Shown here piece after piece: positions 1-12,129 of a stretch of DNA of 64,000 nt; the first letter of the stretch is position 1; each line of letters begins with the position of its first letter. The stretch comes from Eledone cirrhosa. Taxonomy: Eukaryota. The translations under genes were made by a program, and so were the position numbers. The stretch covers positions 40,424,001-40,488,000 of the forward strand of contig OZ024744.1 in the NCBI GenBank assembly GCA_964016885.1. Reading direction: 5' to 3'. Under the pieces are notes generated by a model. The model had not been told where the DNA came from and ran no database searches. It saw only the letters and a program-made list of their open reading frames with translations.

Positions 1-3000
1 TTTACAATGTCTAGCTTGACTCAAGGTAATGATAGTTTCCATCAACCCAGCTTTATTTACAAAGCCTAGCTTGACTCAAGGTAATGGTAGTTTCCATCAA
101 CCAAGTTTTATTTACAATGTCTAGCTTGACTCAAGGTAATGATAGTTTCCATCAACCCAGCTTTATTTACAAAGCCTAGTTTGACCCAAAGGAATGGTAG
201 TTTCCATCAACCCAGCTTTATTTACAAAGCCTAGCTTGACCCAAGGTAATGGTAGTTTCCATCAACCCAGCTTTATTTACAAAGCCTAGCTTAATTCAAG
301 GTAATGGTAGTTTCCATCAACCCAGCTTTATTTACAATGCCTAGCTTGACTCAAGATAATGGTAGTTTCCATCAACCCAGATTTATTTACAAAGCCTAGC
401 TTGACTCAAGGTAATGGTAGTTTCCATCAACCCAGCTTTATTTACAAAGCCTAGCTTGACTCAAGGTAATGGTAGTTTCCATCAACCCAGCTTTATTTAC
501 AAAGCCTAGCTTGACTCAAGGTAATGGTAGTTTCCATCAACCCAGCTTTATTTACAAAGCCTAGCTTGACTCAAGGTAATGGTAGTTTCCATCAACCCAG
601 CTTTATTTACAAAGCCTAGCTTGACTCAAGGTAATGGTAGTTTCCATCAACCCAGCTTTATTTACAAAGCCTAGCTTGACCAAAGGTAATGGTAGTTTCC
701 ATCAACCCAGCTTTATTGACAAAGCCTAGCTTGACTCAAGGTAATGGTAGTTTCCATCAACCCAGCTTTATTTACAAAGCCTAGCTTGACTCAAGTTAAT
801 GGTAGTTTCCATCAACCCAGCTTTATTTACAAAGCCTAGCTTGATCCAAGGTAATGGTAGTTTGCATCAACCCAGCTTTATTTACAAAGCCTAGCTTGAC
901 CCAAGGTAATGGTAGTTTCCATCAACCCAGCTTTATTTACAAAGCCTAGCTTGACTCAAGATAATGGTAGTTTCCATCAACCGAGCTTTATTTACAAAGC
1001 CTAGCTTGACTCAAGGTAATGGTAGTTTCCATCAACCCATCTTTATTTACAAAGCCTAGCTTGACTCAAGGTAATGGTAGTTTCCATCAACCCAGCTTTA
1101 TTTACAAAGCCTAGCTTGACTCAAGTTAATGGTAGTTTCCATCAACCCAGCTTTATTTACAAAGCCTAGCTTGATCCAAGGTAATGGTAGTTTGCATCAA
1201 CCCAGCTTTATTTACAAAGCCTAGCTTGACCCAAGGTAATGGTAGTTTCCATCAACCCAGCTTTATTTACAAAGCCTAGCTTGACTCAAGATAATGGTAG
1301 TTTCCATCAGCCAAGTTTTATTTACAATGTCTAGCTTGACTCAAGGTAATGGTAGTTTCCATCAACCCAGCTTTATTTACAAAGCCTAGCTGGACACAAG
1401 GTAATGGTAGTTTCCATCAGCCCAGCTTTATTCACAAAGCTTAGCTTGACCCCAGGTAATGGTAGTTTCCATCAACCCAGCTTTATTTACAAAGCCTAGC
1501 TTGACTCAAGGTAATGGTAGTTTCCCTCAACCCAGCTTTATTTACAATGCCTAGCTTGAATCAAGGTAATGGTAGTTTCCATCAACCCAGCTTTATTTAC
1601 AAAGCCTAGCTTCACCGAAGGTGATGGTAGTTTCCATCAACCCAGCATTATTTACAAAGCCTAGCTTGACTCAAGATAATCGTAGTTTCCATCAACCCAG
1701 CTTTATTTACAAAGCCTAGCTTGACCCAAGGTAATGGTAGTTTCCATCAACCCAGCTTTATTTACAAAGACTAGCTTGACCCAAGGTAATGGTAGTTTCC
1801 ATCAACCTAGCTTTATTTACAAAGCCTAGCTTCACTGAAGGTAATGGTAGTTTCCATCAACCCAGCATTATTTACAAAGCCTAGCTTGACTCAAGGTAAT
1901 GGTAGTTTCCATCAACCCAGCTTTATTTACAAAGCCTAGCTTGACCCATGGTAATGGTAGTTTCCATGAACCCAGCTTTATTTACAAAGCCTAGCTTGAC
2001 CCGAGGTAATGGTAGTTTCCATCAACCCAGCTTTATTTACAAACCTAGCTTGACCCGAGGAAATGGTAGTTTCCATCAACCCAGCTTTATTTACAAAGCC
2101 TAGCTTGACTCAAGTTAATGGTAGTTTCCATCAACCCAGCTTTATTTACAAAGCCTAGCTTGGCCCAAGGTAATGGTAGTTTCCATCAACCCAGCTTTAT
2201 TTACAAAGCCTAGCTTGACTCAAGGTAATGGTAGTTTCCATCAACCCAGCTTTATTTACAAAGCCTAGCTTGACCCGAGGAAATGGTAGTTTCCATCAAC
2301 CCAGCTTTATTTACAAAGCCTAGCTTGACTCAAGTTAATGGTAGTTTCCATCAACCCAGCTTTATTTACAAAGCCTAGCTTGGCCCAAGGTAATGGTAGT
2401 TTCCATCAACCCAGCTTTATTTACAAAGCCTAGCATGACCCAAGTTAATGGTAGTTTCCATCAACCCAGCTCTATTTACAAAGCCTAGCTTGACTCAAGG
2501 TAATGTTAGCTTCCATCAACCCAGCTTTATTTACAATGCCTAGCTTGACCCAAGGTAATGGTAGTTTCCATCAATCCAGCGTTATTTACAAAGCCTAGCT
2601 TGACCCAAGGTAATGGTAGTTTCCATCAACTGAGCTTTATTTAAAAAGCCTAGCCTGACTCAAGGTAATGATAGTTTCCATCAACACAGCTTTATTTACA
2701 AAGCCTAGCTTGACCCAAGATAATGGTAGTTTCCATCAACCCAGCTTTATTTGCAAAGCCCTGCTTGACTCAATGTAATGGTAGTTTCCATCAACCCAAC
2801 TTTATTTACAAATCCTAGCTTGACTCAAGGTAATGGTAGTTTCCATCAACCCAGCTTTATTTACAAAGTCTAGCTTGTCTCAAGGTAATGGTAGTTTCCA
2901 TCAACCCAGCTTTATTTACAAAGCCTAGCTTGACACAAGGTAATGGTAGTTTCCATCAGCCCAGCTTTATTTACAAAGCCTAGCTTGACCCAAGGTAATG

Positions 3001-6000
3001 GTAGTTTCCATCAACCCAGCTTTATTCACAAAGCCTAGCTTGACCCCAGGTAATGGTAGTTTCCATCAACCCAGCTTTATTTACAAAGCCTAGCTTCACT
3101 GAAGGTAATGGTAGTTTCCATCAACCCAGCATTATTTACAAAGCCTAGCTTGACTCAAGGTAATGGTAGTTTCCATCAACCCAGCTTTATTTACAAGGCC
3201 TAGCTTGACTCAAGGTAATGGTAGTTTCCATCAACCCAGCTTTATTTACAAACCTAGCTTGATCAAAGGTAATGGTAGTTTCCATCAATCCAGCTTTATT
3301 TACAAAGCCTAGCTTGACACAAGGTAATGGTAGTTTCCATCAACCCAGCTTTATTTACAAAGCCTAGCTTGACTCAAGTTAATGGTAGTTTCCATCAACC
3401 CAGCTTTATTTACAAAGCCTAGCTTGACCCAAGGTAATGGTAGTTTCCATCAACTCAGCTTTATTTACAAAGCCTAGCTTGACCCAAGGTAATGGTAGTT
3501 TCCATCAACCCAGCTTTATTTACAAAGCCTAGCTTGACTCAAGATAATGGTAGTTTCCATCAACCGAGCTTTATTTACAAAGCCTAGCTTGACTCAAGGT
3601 AATGGTAGTTTCCATCAACCCAGCTTTATTTACAAAGCCTAGCTTGACTCAAGGTAATGGTAGTTTCCATCAACCCAGCTTTATTTACAAAGCCTAGCTT
3701 GTCTCAAGGTAATGGTAGTTTCCATCAACCCAGCTTTATTTACAAAGTCTAGCTTGACTCAAGGTAATGGTAGTTTCCATCAACCAAGTTTTATTTACAA
3801 TGTCTAGCTTGACTCAAGGTAATGGTAGTTTCCATCAACCCAGCTTTATTTACAAAGCCTAGCTTAATTCAAGGTAATGGTAGTTTCCATCAACCCAGCT
3901 TTATTTACAATGCCTAGCTTGACTCAAGATAATGGTAGTTTCCATCAACCCAGCTTTATTTACAAAGCCTAGCTTGACTCAAGGTAATGGTAGTTTCCAT
4001 CAACCCAGCTTTATTTACAAAGCCTAGCTTGACTCAAGGTAATGGTAGTTTCCATCAACCCAGCTTTATTTAAAAAGCCTAGCTTGATTCAAGGTAATGG
4101 TAGTTTCCATAAACCAAGTTTTATTTACAATGTCTAGCTTGACTCAAGGTAATGGTAGTTTCCATCAACCCAGCTTTATTTACAAAGCCTAGCTTAATTC
4201 AAGGTAATGGTAGTTTCCATCAACCCAGCTTTATTTACAATGCCTAGCTTGACTCAAGATAATGGTAGTTTCCATCAACCCAGCTTTATTTACAAAGCCT
4301 AGCTTGACTCAAGGTAATGGTAGTTTCCATCAACCCAGCTTTATTTACAAAGCCTAGTTTGACTCAAGGTAATGGTAGTTTCCATCAACCCAGCTTTATT
4401 TAAAAAGCCTAGCTTGACTCAAGGTAATGGTAGTTTCCATAAACCAAGTTTTATTTACAATGTCTAGCTTGACTCAAGGTAATAGCTATTTCCATCAACC
4501 AAGTTTTATTTACAAAGCCTAGCTTGACTGAAGGTAAGGGTAGGTTCCATCAACCCAGCTTTATTTACAAAGCCTAGCTTGACTCAAGGTAATGGTAGTT
4601 TCCATCAACCCAGCTTTATTTACAAAGCCTAGCTTGACTCAAGGTAATGGTAGTTTCCATCAACCCAGCTTTATTTAAAAAGCCTAGCTTGACTCAAGGT
4701 AATGGTAGTTTCCATAAACCAAGTTTTATTTACAATGTCTAGCTTGACTCAAGGTAATAGCTATTTCCATCAACCAAGTTTTATTTACAAAGCCTAGCTT
4801 GACTGAAGGTAAGGGTAGGTTCCATCAACCCAGCTTTATTTACAAAGCCTAGCTTGACTCAAGGTAATGGTAGTTTCCATCAACCCAGCTTTATTTACAA
4901 AGCCTAGCTTGACTCAAGTTAATGGTAGTTTCCATCAACCCAGCTTTATTTAAAAAGCCTAGCGTGACTCAAGGTAATGATAGTTTCCATCAACACAGCT
5001 TTATTTACAAAGCCTAGCTTGACCCAAGATAATGGTAGTTTCCATCAACCCAGCTTTATTTGCAAAGCCCTGCTTGACTCAAGGTAATGGTAGTTTCCAT
5101 CAACCCAACTTTATTTACAAATCCTAGCTTGACTCAAGGTAATGGTAGTTTCCATCAACCCAGCTTTATTTACAAAGTCTAGCTTGTCTCAAGGTAATGG
5201 TAGTTTCCATCAACCCAGCTTTATTTACAAAGCCTAGCTTGTCACAAGGTAATGGTAGTTTCAATCAGCCCAGCTTTATTTACAAAGCCTAGCTTGACCC
5301 AAGGTAATGGTAGTTTCCATCAACCCAGCTTTATTCACAAAGCCTAGCTTGACCCCAGGTAATGGTAGTTTCAATCAACCCAGCTTTATTTACAAAGCCT
5401 AGCTTCACTGAAGGTAATGGTAGTTTCCATCAACCCAGCATTATTTACAAAGCCTAGCTTGACTCAAGGTAATGGTAGTTTCCATCAACCCAGCTTTATT
5501 TACAAAGCCTAGCTTGACTCAAGGTAATGGTAGTTTCCATCAACCCAGCTTTATTTACAAAGCCTCGCTTGATCAAAGGTAATGGTAGTTTCCATCAATC
5601 CTGCTTTATTTACAAAGCCTAGCTTGACTCAAGGTAATGGTAGTTTCCATCAACCCAGCTTTATTTACACAGCCTAGCTTGACTCAAGTTAATGGTAGTT
5701 TCCATCAACCCAGCTTTATTTACAAAGCCTAGCTTGACCCAAGGTAATGGTAGTTTCCATCAACCCAGCTTTATTTACAAAGCCTAGCTTGACCCAAGGT
5801 AATGTTAGTTTCCATCAACCCAGCTTTATTTACAAAGCCTAGCTTGACTCAAGATAATGGTAGTTTCCATCAACCGAGCTTTATTTACAAAGCCTAGCTT
5901 GACTCAAGGTAATGGTAGTTTCCATCAACCCAGCTTTATTTACAAAGCCTAGCTTGACTCAAGGTAATGGTAGTTTCCATCAACCCAGCTTTATTTACAA

Positions 6001-8590
6001 AGCCTAGCTTGTCTCAAGGTAATGGTATTTTCCATCAACCCAGCTTTATTTACAAAGTCTAGCTTGACTCAAGGTAATGGTAGTTTCCATCAACCAAGTT
6101 TTATTTACAATGTCTAGCTTGACTCAAGGTAATGGTAGTTTCCATTAACCCAGCTTTATTTACAAAGCCTAGCTTAATTCAAGGTAATGGTAGTTTCCAT
6201 CAACCCAGCTTTATTTACAATGCCTAGCTTGACTAAAGGTAATGGTAGTTTCCATCAACCCAGCTTTATTTACAAAGCCTAGCTTGACTCAAGGTAATGG
6301 TAGTTTCCATCAACCCAGCTTTATTTAAAAAGCCTAGCTTGACTCAAGGTAATGGTAGTTTCCATAAACCAAGTTTTATTTACAATGTCTAGCTTGACTC
6401 AAGGTAATGGTAGTTTCCATCAACCCAGCTTTATTTACAAAGCCTAGCTTGTCTCAAGGTAATGGTAGTTTCCTTCAACCCAGCTTTATTTACAAAGCCT
6501 AGCTTGACTCAAGGTAATGGTAGTTTCCATCAACCCAGCTTTATTTACAAAGCCTAGCTTGAATGAAGGTAATGGTAGTTTCCATCAACCCAGCTTTATT
6601 TACAAAGCCTAGCTTGACCCAAAGGAATGGTAGTTTCCATCAACCCAGCTTTATTTACAAAGCCTAGCTTGACCCAAGGTAATGGTAGTTTCCATCAACC
6701 CAGCTTTATTTACAAAGCCTAGCTTGACTCAAGGTAATGGTAGTTTCCATCAACCCAGCTTTATTTACAAAGCCTAGCTTGTCTCAAGGTAATGGTAGTT
6801 TCCATCAACCCAGCTTTATTTACAAAGTCTAGCTTGACTCAAGGTAATGGTAGCTTCCATCAACCAAGTTTTATTTACAATGTCTAGCTTGACTCAAGGT
6901 AATGGTAGTTTCCATCAACCCAGCTTTATTTACAAAGCCTAGCTTAATTCAAGGTAATGGTAGTTTCCATCAACCCAGCTTTATTTACAATGCCTAGCTT
7001 GACTCAAGATAATGGTAGTTTCCATCAACCCAGCTTTATTTACAAAGCCTAGCTTGACTCAAGGTAATGGTAGTTTCCATCAACCCAGCTTTATTTACAA
7101 AGCCTAGCTTGTCTCAAGGTAATGGTAGTTTCCATCAACCCAGCTTTATTTACAAAGCCTAACTTGACTCAAGGTAATGGTAGTTTCCATCAACCAAGTT
7201 TTATTTACAATGTCTAGCTTGACTCAAGGTAATGATAGTTTCCATCAACCCAGCTTTATTTACAAAGCCTAGCTTGACTCAAGGTAATGGTAGTTTCCAT
7301 CAACCAAGTTTTATTTACAATGTCTAGCTTGACTCAAGGTAATGATAGTTTCCATCAACCCAGCTTTATTTACAAAGCCTAGTTTGACCCAAAGGAATGG
7401 TAGTTTCCATCAACCCAGCTTTATTTACAAAGCCTAGCTTGACCCAAGGTAATGGTAGTTTCCATCAACCCAGCTTTATTTACAAAGCCTAGCTTAATTC
7501 AAGGTAATGGTAGTTTCCATCAACCCAGCTTTATTTACAATGCCTAGCTTGACTCAAGATAATGGTAGTTTCCATCAACCCAGATTTATTTACAAAGCCT
7601 AGCTTGACTCAAGGTAATGGTAGTTTCCATCAACCCAGCTTTATTTACAAAGCCTAGCTTGACTCAAGGTAATGGTAGTTTCCATCAACCCAGCTTTATT
7701 TACAAAGCCTAGCTTGACTCAAGGTAATGGTAGTTTCCATCAACCCAGCTTTATTTACAAAGCCTAGCTTGACTCAAGGTAATGGTAGTTTCCATCAACC
7801 CAGCTTTATTTACAAAGCCTAGCTTGACTCAAGGTAATGGTAGTTTCCATCAACCCAGCTTTATTTACAAAGCCTAGCTTGACCAAAGGTAATGGTAGTT
7901 TCCATCAACCCAGCTTTATTGACAAAGCCTAGCTTGACTCAAGGTAATGGTAGTTTCCATCAACCCAGCTTTATTTACAAAGCCTAGCTTGACTCAAGTT
8001 AATGGTAGTTTCCATCAACCCAGCTTTATTTACAAAGCCTAGCTTGATCCAAGGTAATGGTAGTTTGCATCAACCCAGCTTTATTTACAAAGCCTAGCTT
8101 GACCCAAGGTAATGGTAGTTTCCATCAACCCAGCTTTATTTACAAAGCCTAGCTTGACTCAAGATAATGGTAGTTTCCATCAACCGAGCTTTATTTACAA
8201 AGCCTAGCTTGACTCAAGGTAATGGTAGTTTCCATCAACCCATCTTTATTTACAAAGCCTAGCTTGACTCAAGGTAATGGTAGTTTCCATCAACCCAGCT
8301 TTATTTACAAAGCCTAGCTTGTCTCAAGGTAATGGTAGTTTCCATCAACCAGCTTTATTTACAAAGCCTAGCTTGACTCAAGATAATGGTAGTTTCCATC
8401 AGCCAAGTTTTATTTACAATGTCTAGCTTGACTCAAGGTAATGGTAGTTTCCATCAACCCAGCTTTATTTACAAAGCCTAGCTGGACACAAGGTAATGGT
8501 AGTTTCCATCAGCCCAGCTTTATTCACAAAGCTTAGCTTGACCCCAGGTAATGGTAGTTTCCATCAACCCAGCTTTATTTACAAAGCCTA
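1..8590 (+). repeat. Block 1-~1110 repeated at ~7204-8312 (offset 7,203 = 131 monomers minus 2 bp), with ~1270-1500 matching ~8370-8590
   Basis: AAAGCCTAGTTTGACCCAAAGGAATGG at 171/7374; same order of rare variants CCCAGATT, TATTGAC, TTTGCATC, CCCATCTT and CTGGACAC. Confidence 0.9.
2640..6240 (+). repeat. Block ~2640-3930 repeated at ~4950-6240 (offset 2,309), partial third copy near 9940-10450
   Basis: TGCAAAGCCCTGC at 2752, 5061 and ~10065, each followed by the same ordered variants (CCCAACTT..AAATCC, AGTCT..GTCTC, CAGCCC, ATTCAC..CCCCAGG, CTTCACTGAAG). Confidence 0.88.
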
Positions 8591-11500
8591 GCTTCACTGA
8601 AGGTAATGGTAGTTTCCATCAACCCAGCATTATTTAAAAAGCCTAGCTTGACTCAAGGTAATGGTAGTTTCCATCAACCCAGCTTTATTTACAAAGCCTA
8701 GCTTGACTCAAGTTAATGGTAGTTTCCATCAACCCAGCTTTATTTACAAAGCCTAGCTTGACCCAAGGTAATGGTAGTTTCCATCAACCCAGCTTTATTT
8801 ACAAAGCCTAGCTTGAGCCAAGGTAATGGTAGTTTCCATCAACCCAGCTTTATTTACAAAGCCTAGCTTGACTCAAGATAATGGTAGTTTCCATCAACCG
8901 AGCTTTATTTACAAAGCCTAGCTTGACTCAATGTAATGGTAGTTTCCATCAACCCAGCTTTATTTACAAAGCCTAGCTTGACTCAAGGTAATGGTAGTTT
9001 CCATCAACCCAGCTTTATTTACAAAGCCTAGCTTGTCTCAAGGTAATGGTAGTTTCCATCAACCCAGCTTTATTTACAAAGTCTAGCTTGACTCAAGGTA
9101 ATGGTAGTTTCCATCAACCAAGTTTTATTTACAATGTCTAGCTTGACTCAAGGTAATGGTAGTTTCCATCAACCCAGCTTTATTTACAAAGCCTTGCTTA
9201 ATTCAAGGTAATGGTAGTTTCCATCAACCCAGCTTTATTTATAATGCCTAGCTTGACTCAAGATAATGGTAGTTTCCATCAACCCAGCTTTATTTACAAA
9301 GCCTAGCTTGACTCAAGGTAATGGTAGTTTCCATCAACCCAGCTTTATTTACAAAGCCTAGCTTGACTCAAGGTAATGGTAGTTTCCATCAACCCAGCAT
9401 TATTTAAAAAGCCTAGCTTGACTCATGGTAATGGTAGTTTCCATAAACCAAGTTTTATTTACAATGTCTAGCTTGACTCAAGGTAATAGCAATTTCCATC
9501 AACCAAGTTTTATTTACAAAGCCTAGCTTGACTGAAGGTAAGGGTAGGTTCCATCAACCCAGCTTTATTTACAAAGCCTAGCTTGACCCAAGGTAATGGT
9601 AGTTTCCATCAACCCAGCTTTATTTACAAAGCCTAGCTTGACCCAAGGTAATGGTAGTTTCCATCAACCCGGCTTTATTTACAATGTCTAGCTTGACTCA
9701 AGGTAATGGTATTTTCCTTCAACCCAGCTTTATTTACAAAGCCTAGCTTGACCCCAGGTAATGGTAGTTTCCATCAACCCAGCTTTATTTATAATACCTA
9801 GCTTGACTCAAGGTAATGGTAGTTTCCATCAACCCAGCTTTATTTACAAAGCCTAGCTTGACCCAAGGTAATGGTAGTTTCCATCAACCCAGCTTTATTT
9901 ACAAAGCCTAGCTTGACTCAAGGTAATGGTAGTTTCCATCAACTGAGCTTTATTTAAAAAGCCTAGCGTGACTCAAGGTAATGATAGTTTCCATCAACAC
10001 AGCTTTATTTACAAAGCCTAGCTTGACCCAAGATAATGGTAGTTTCCATCAACCCAGCTTTATTTGCAAAGCCCTGCTTGACTCAAGGTAATGGTAGTTT
10101 CCATCAACCCAACTTTATTTACAAATCCTAGCTTGACTCAAGGTAATGGTAGTTTCCATCAACCCAGCTTTATTTACAAAGTCTAGCTTGTCTCAAGGTA
10201 ATGGTAGTTTCCATCAACCCAGCTTTATTTACAAAGCCTAGCTTGACACAAGGTAATGGTAGTTTCCATCAGCCCAGCTTTATTTACAAAGCCTAGCTTG
10301 ACCCAAGGTAACGGTAGTGTCCATCAACCCAGCTTTATTCACAAAGCCTAGCTTGACCCCAGGTAATGGTAGTTTCCATCAACCCAGCTTTATTTACAAA
10401 GCCTAGCTTCACTGAAGGTAATGGTAGTTTCCATCAACCCAGCATTATTTAAAAAGCCTAGCTTGACTCAAGGTAATGGTAGTTTCCATCAACCCAGCTT
10501 TATTAACAAAGCCTAGCTTGACTCAAGTTAATGGTAGTTTCCATCAACCCAGCTTTATTTACAAAGCCTAGCTTGACCCAAGGTAATGGTAGTTTCCATC
10601 AACCCAGCTTTATTTACAAAGCCTAGCTTGACCCAAGGTAATGGTAGTTTCCATCAACCCAGCTTTATTTACAAAGCCTACCTTGACTCAAGATAATGGT
10701 AGTTTCCATCAACCGAGCTTTATTTACAAAGCCTAGCTTGACTCAATGTAATGGTAGTTTCCATCAACCCAGCTTTATTTACAAAGCCTAGCTTGACTCA
10801 AGGTAATGGTAGTTTCCATCAACCCAGCTTTATTTACAAAGCCTAGCTTGTCTCAAGGTAATGGTAGTTTCCATCAACCCAGCTTTATTTACAAAGTCTA
10901 GCTTGACTCAAGGTAATGGTAGTTTCCATCAACCAAGTTTTATTTACAATGTCTAGCTTGACTCAAGGTAATGGTAGTTTCCATCAACCCAGCTTTATTT
11001 ACAAAGCCTTGCTTAATTCAAGGTAATGGTAGTTTCCATCAACCCAGCTTTATTTATAATGCCTAGCTTGACTCAAGATAATGGTAGTTTCCATCAACCC
11101 AGCTTTATTTACAAAGCCTAGCTTGACTCAAGGTAGTGGTAGTTTCCATCAACCCAGCTTTATTTACAAAGCCTAGCTTGACTCAAGGTAATGGTAGTTT
11201 CCATCAACCCAGCTTTATTTAAAAAGCCTAGCTTGACTCAAGGTAATGGTAGTTTCCATAAACCAAGTTTTATTTACAATGTCTAGCTTGACTCAAGGTA
11301 ATAGCAATTTCCATCAACCAAGTTTTATTTACAAAGCCTAGCTTGACTGAAGGTAAGGGTAGGTTCCATCAACCCAGCTTTATTTACAAAGCCTAGCTTG
11401 ACCCAAGGTAATGGTAGTTTCCATCAACCCAGCTTTATTTACAAAGCCTAGCTTGACCCAAGGTAATGGTAGTTTCCATCAACCCGGCTTTATTTACAAT

Positions 11501-11680
11501 GTCTAGCTTGCCTCAAGGTAATGGTATTTTCCTTCAACCCAGCTTTATTTACAAAGCCTAGCTTGACCCCAGGTAATGGTAGTTTCCATCAACCCAGCTT
11601 TATTTATAATACCTAGCTTGACTCAAGGTAATGGTAGTTTCCATCAACCCAGCTTTATTTACAAAGCCTAGCTTGACCCA
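8540..11680 (+). repeat. Block ~8540-9865 repeated at ~10355-11680 (offset 1,815 = 33 monomers)
   Basis: GCCTTGCTTAATTC at 9191/11006; shared TATAATGCC, AATAGCAATT, CCCGGCTT and TATAATACC variants. Confidence 0.9.
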
Positions 11681-12129
11681 AAGGAATGGTAGTTTCTATC
11701 AACCCAGCTTTATTTACAAAGCCTAGCTTGACCCAAGGTAATGGTAGTTTCCATCAACCCAGCTTTATTTACAAAGCCTAGCTTGACTCAAGGTAATGGT
11801 AGTTTCCATCAACCCAGCTTTATTTACAAAGCCTAGCTTGACTCAAGGTAATGGTAGTTTCCATCAACCAAGTTTTATTTACAATGTCTAGCTTGACTCA
11901 AGGTAATGGTAGTTTCCATCAACCCAGCTTTATTTACAAAGCCTAGCTTGACTCAAGGTAATGGTAGTTTCCATCAACCCAGCTTTATTTACAAAGCCTA
12001 GCTTGCCTCAAGGTAATGGTATTTTCCTTCAACCCAGCTTTATTTACAAAGCCTAGCTTGACCCCAGGTAATGGTAGTTTCCATCAACCCAGCTTTATTT
12101 ATAATACCTAGCTTGACTCAAGGTAATGG

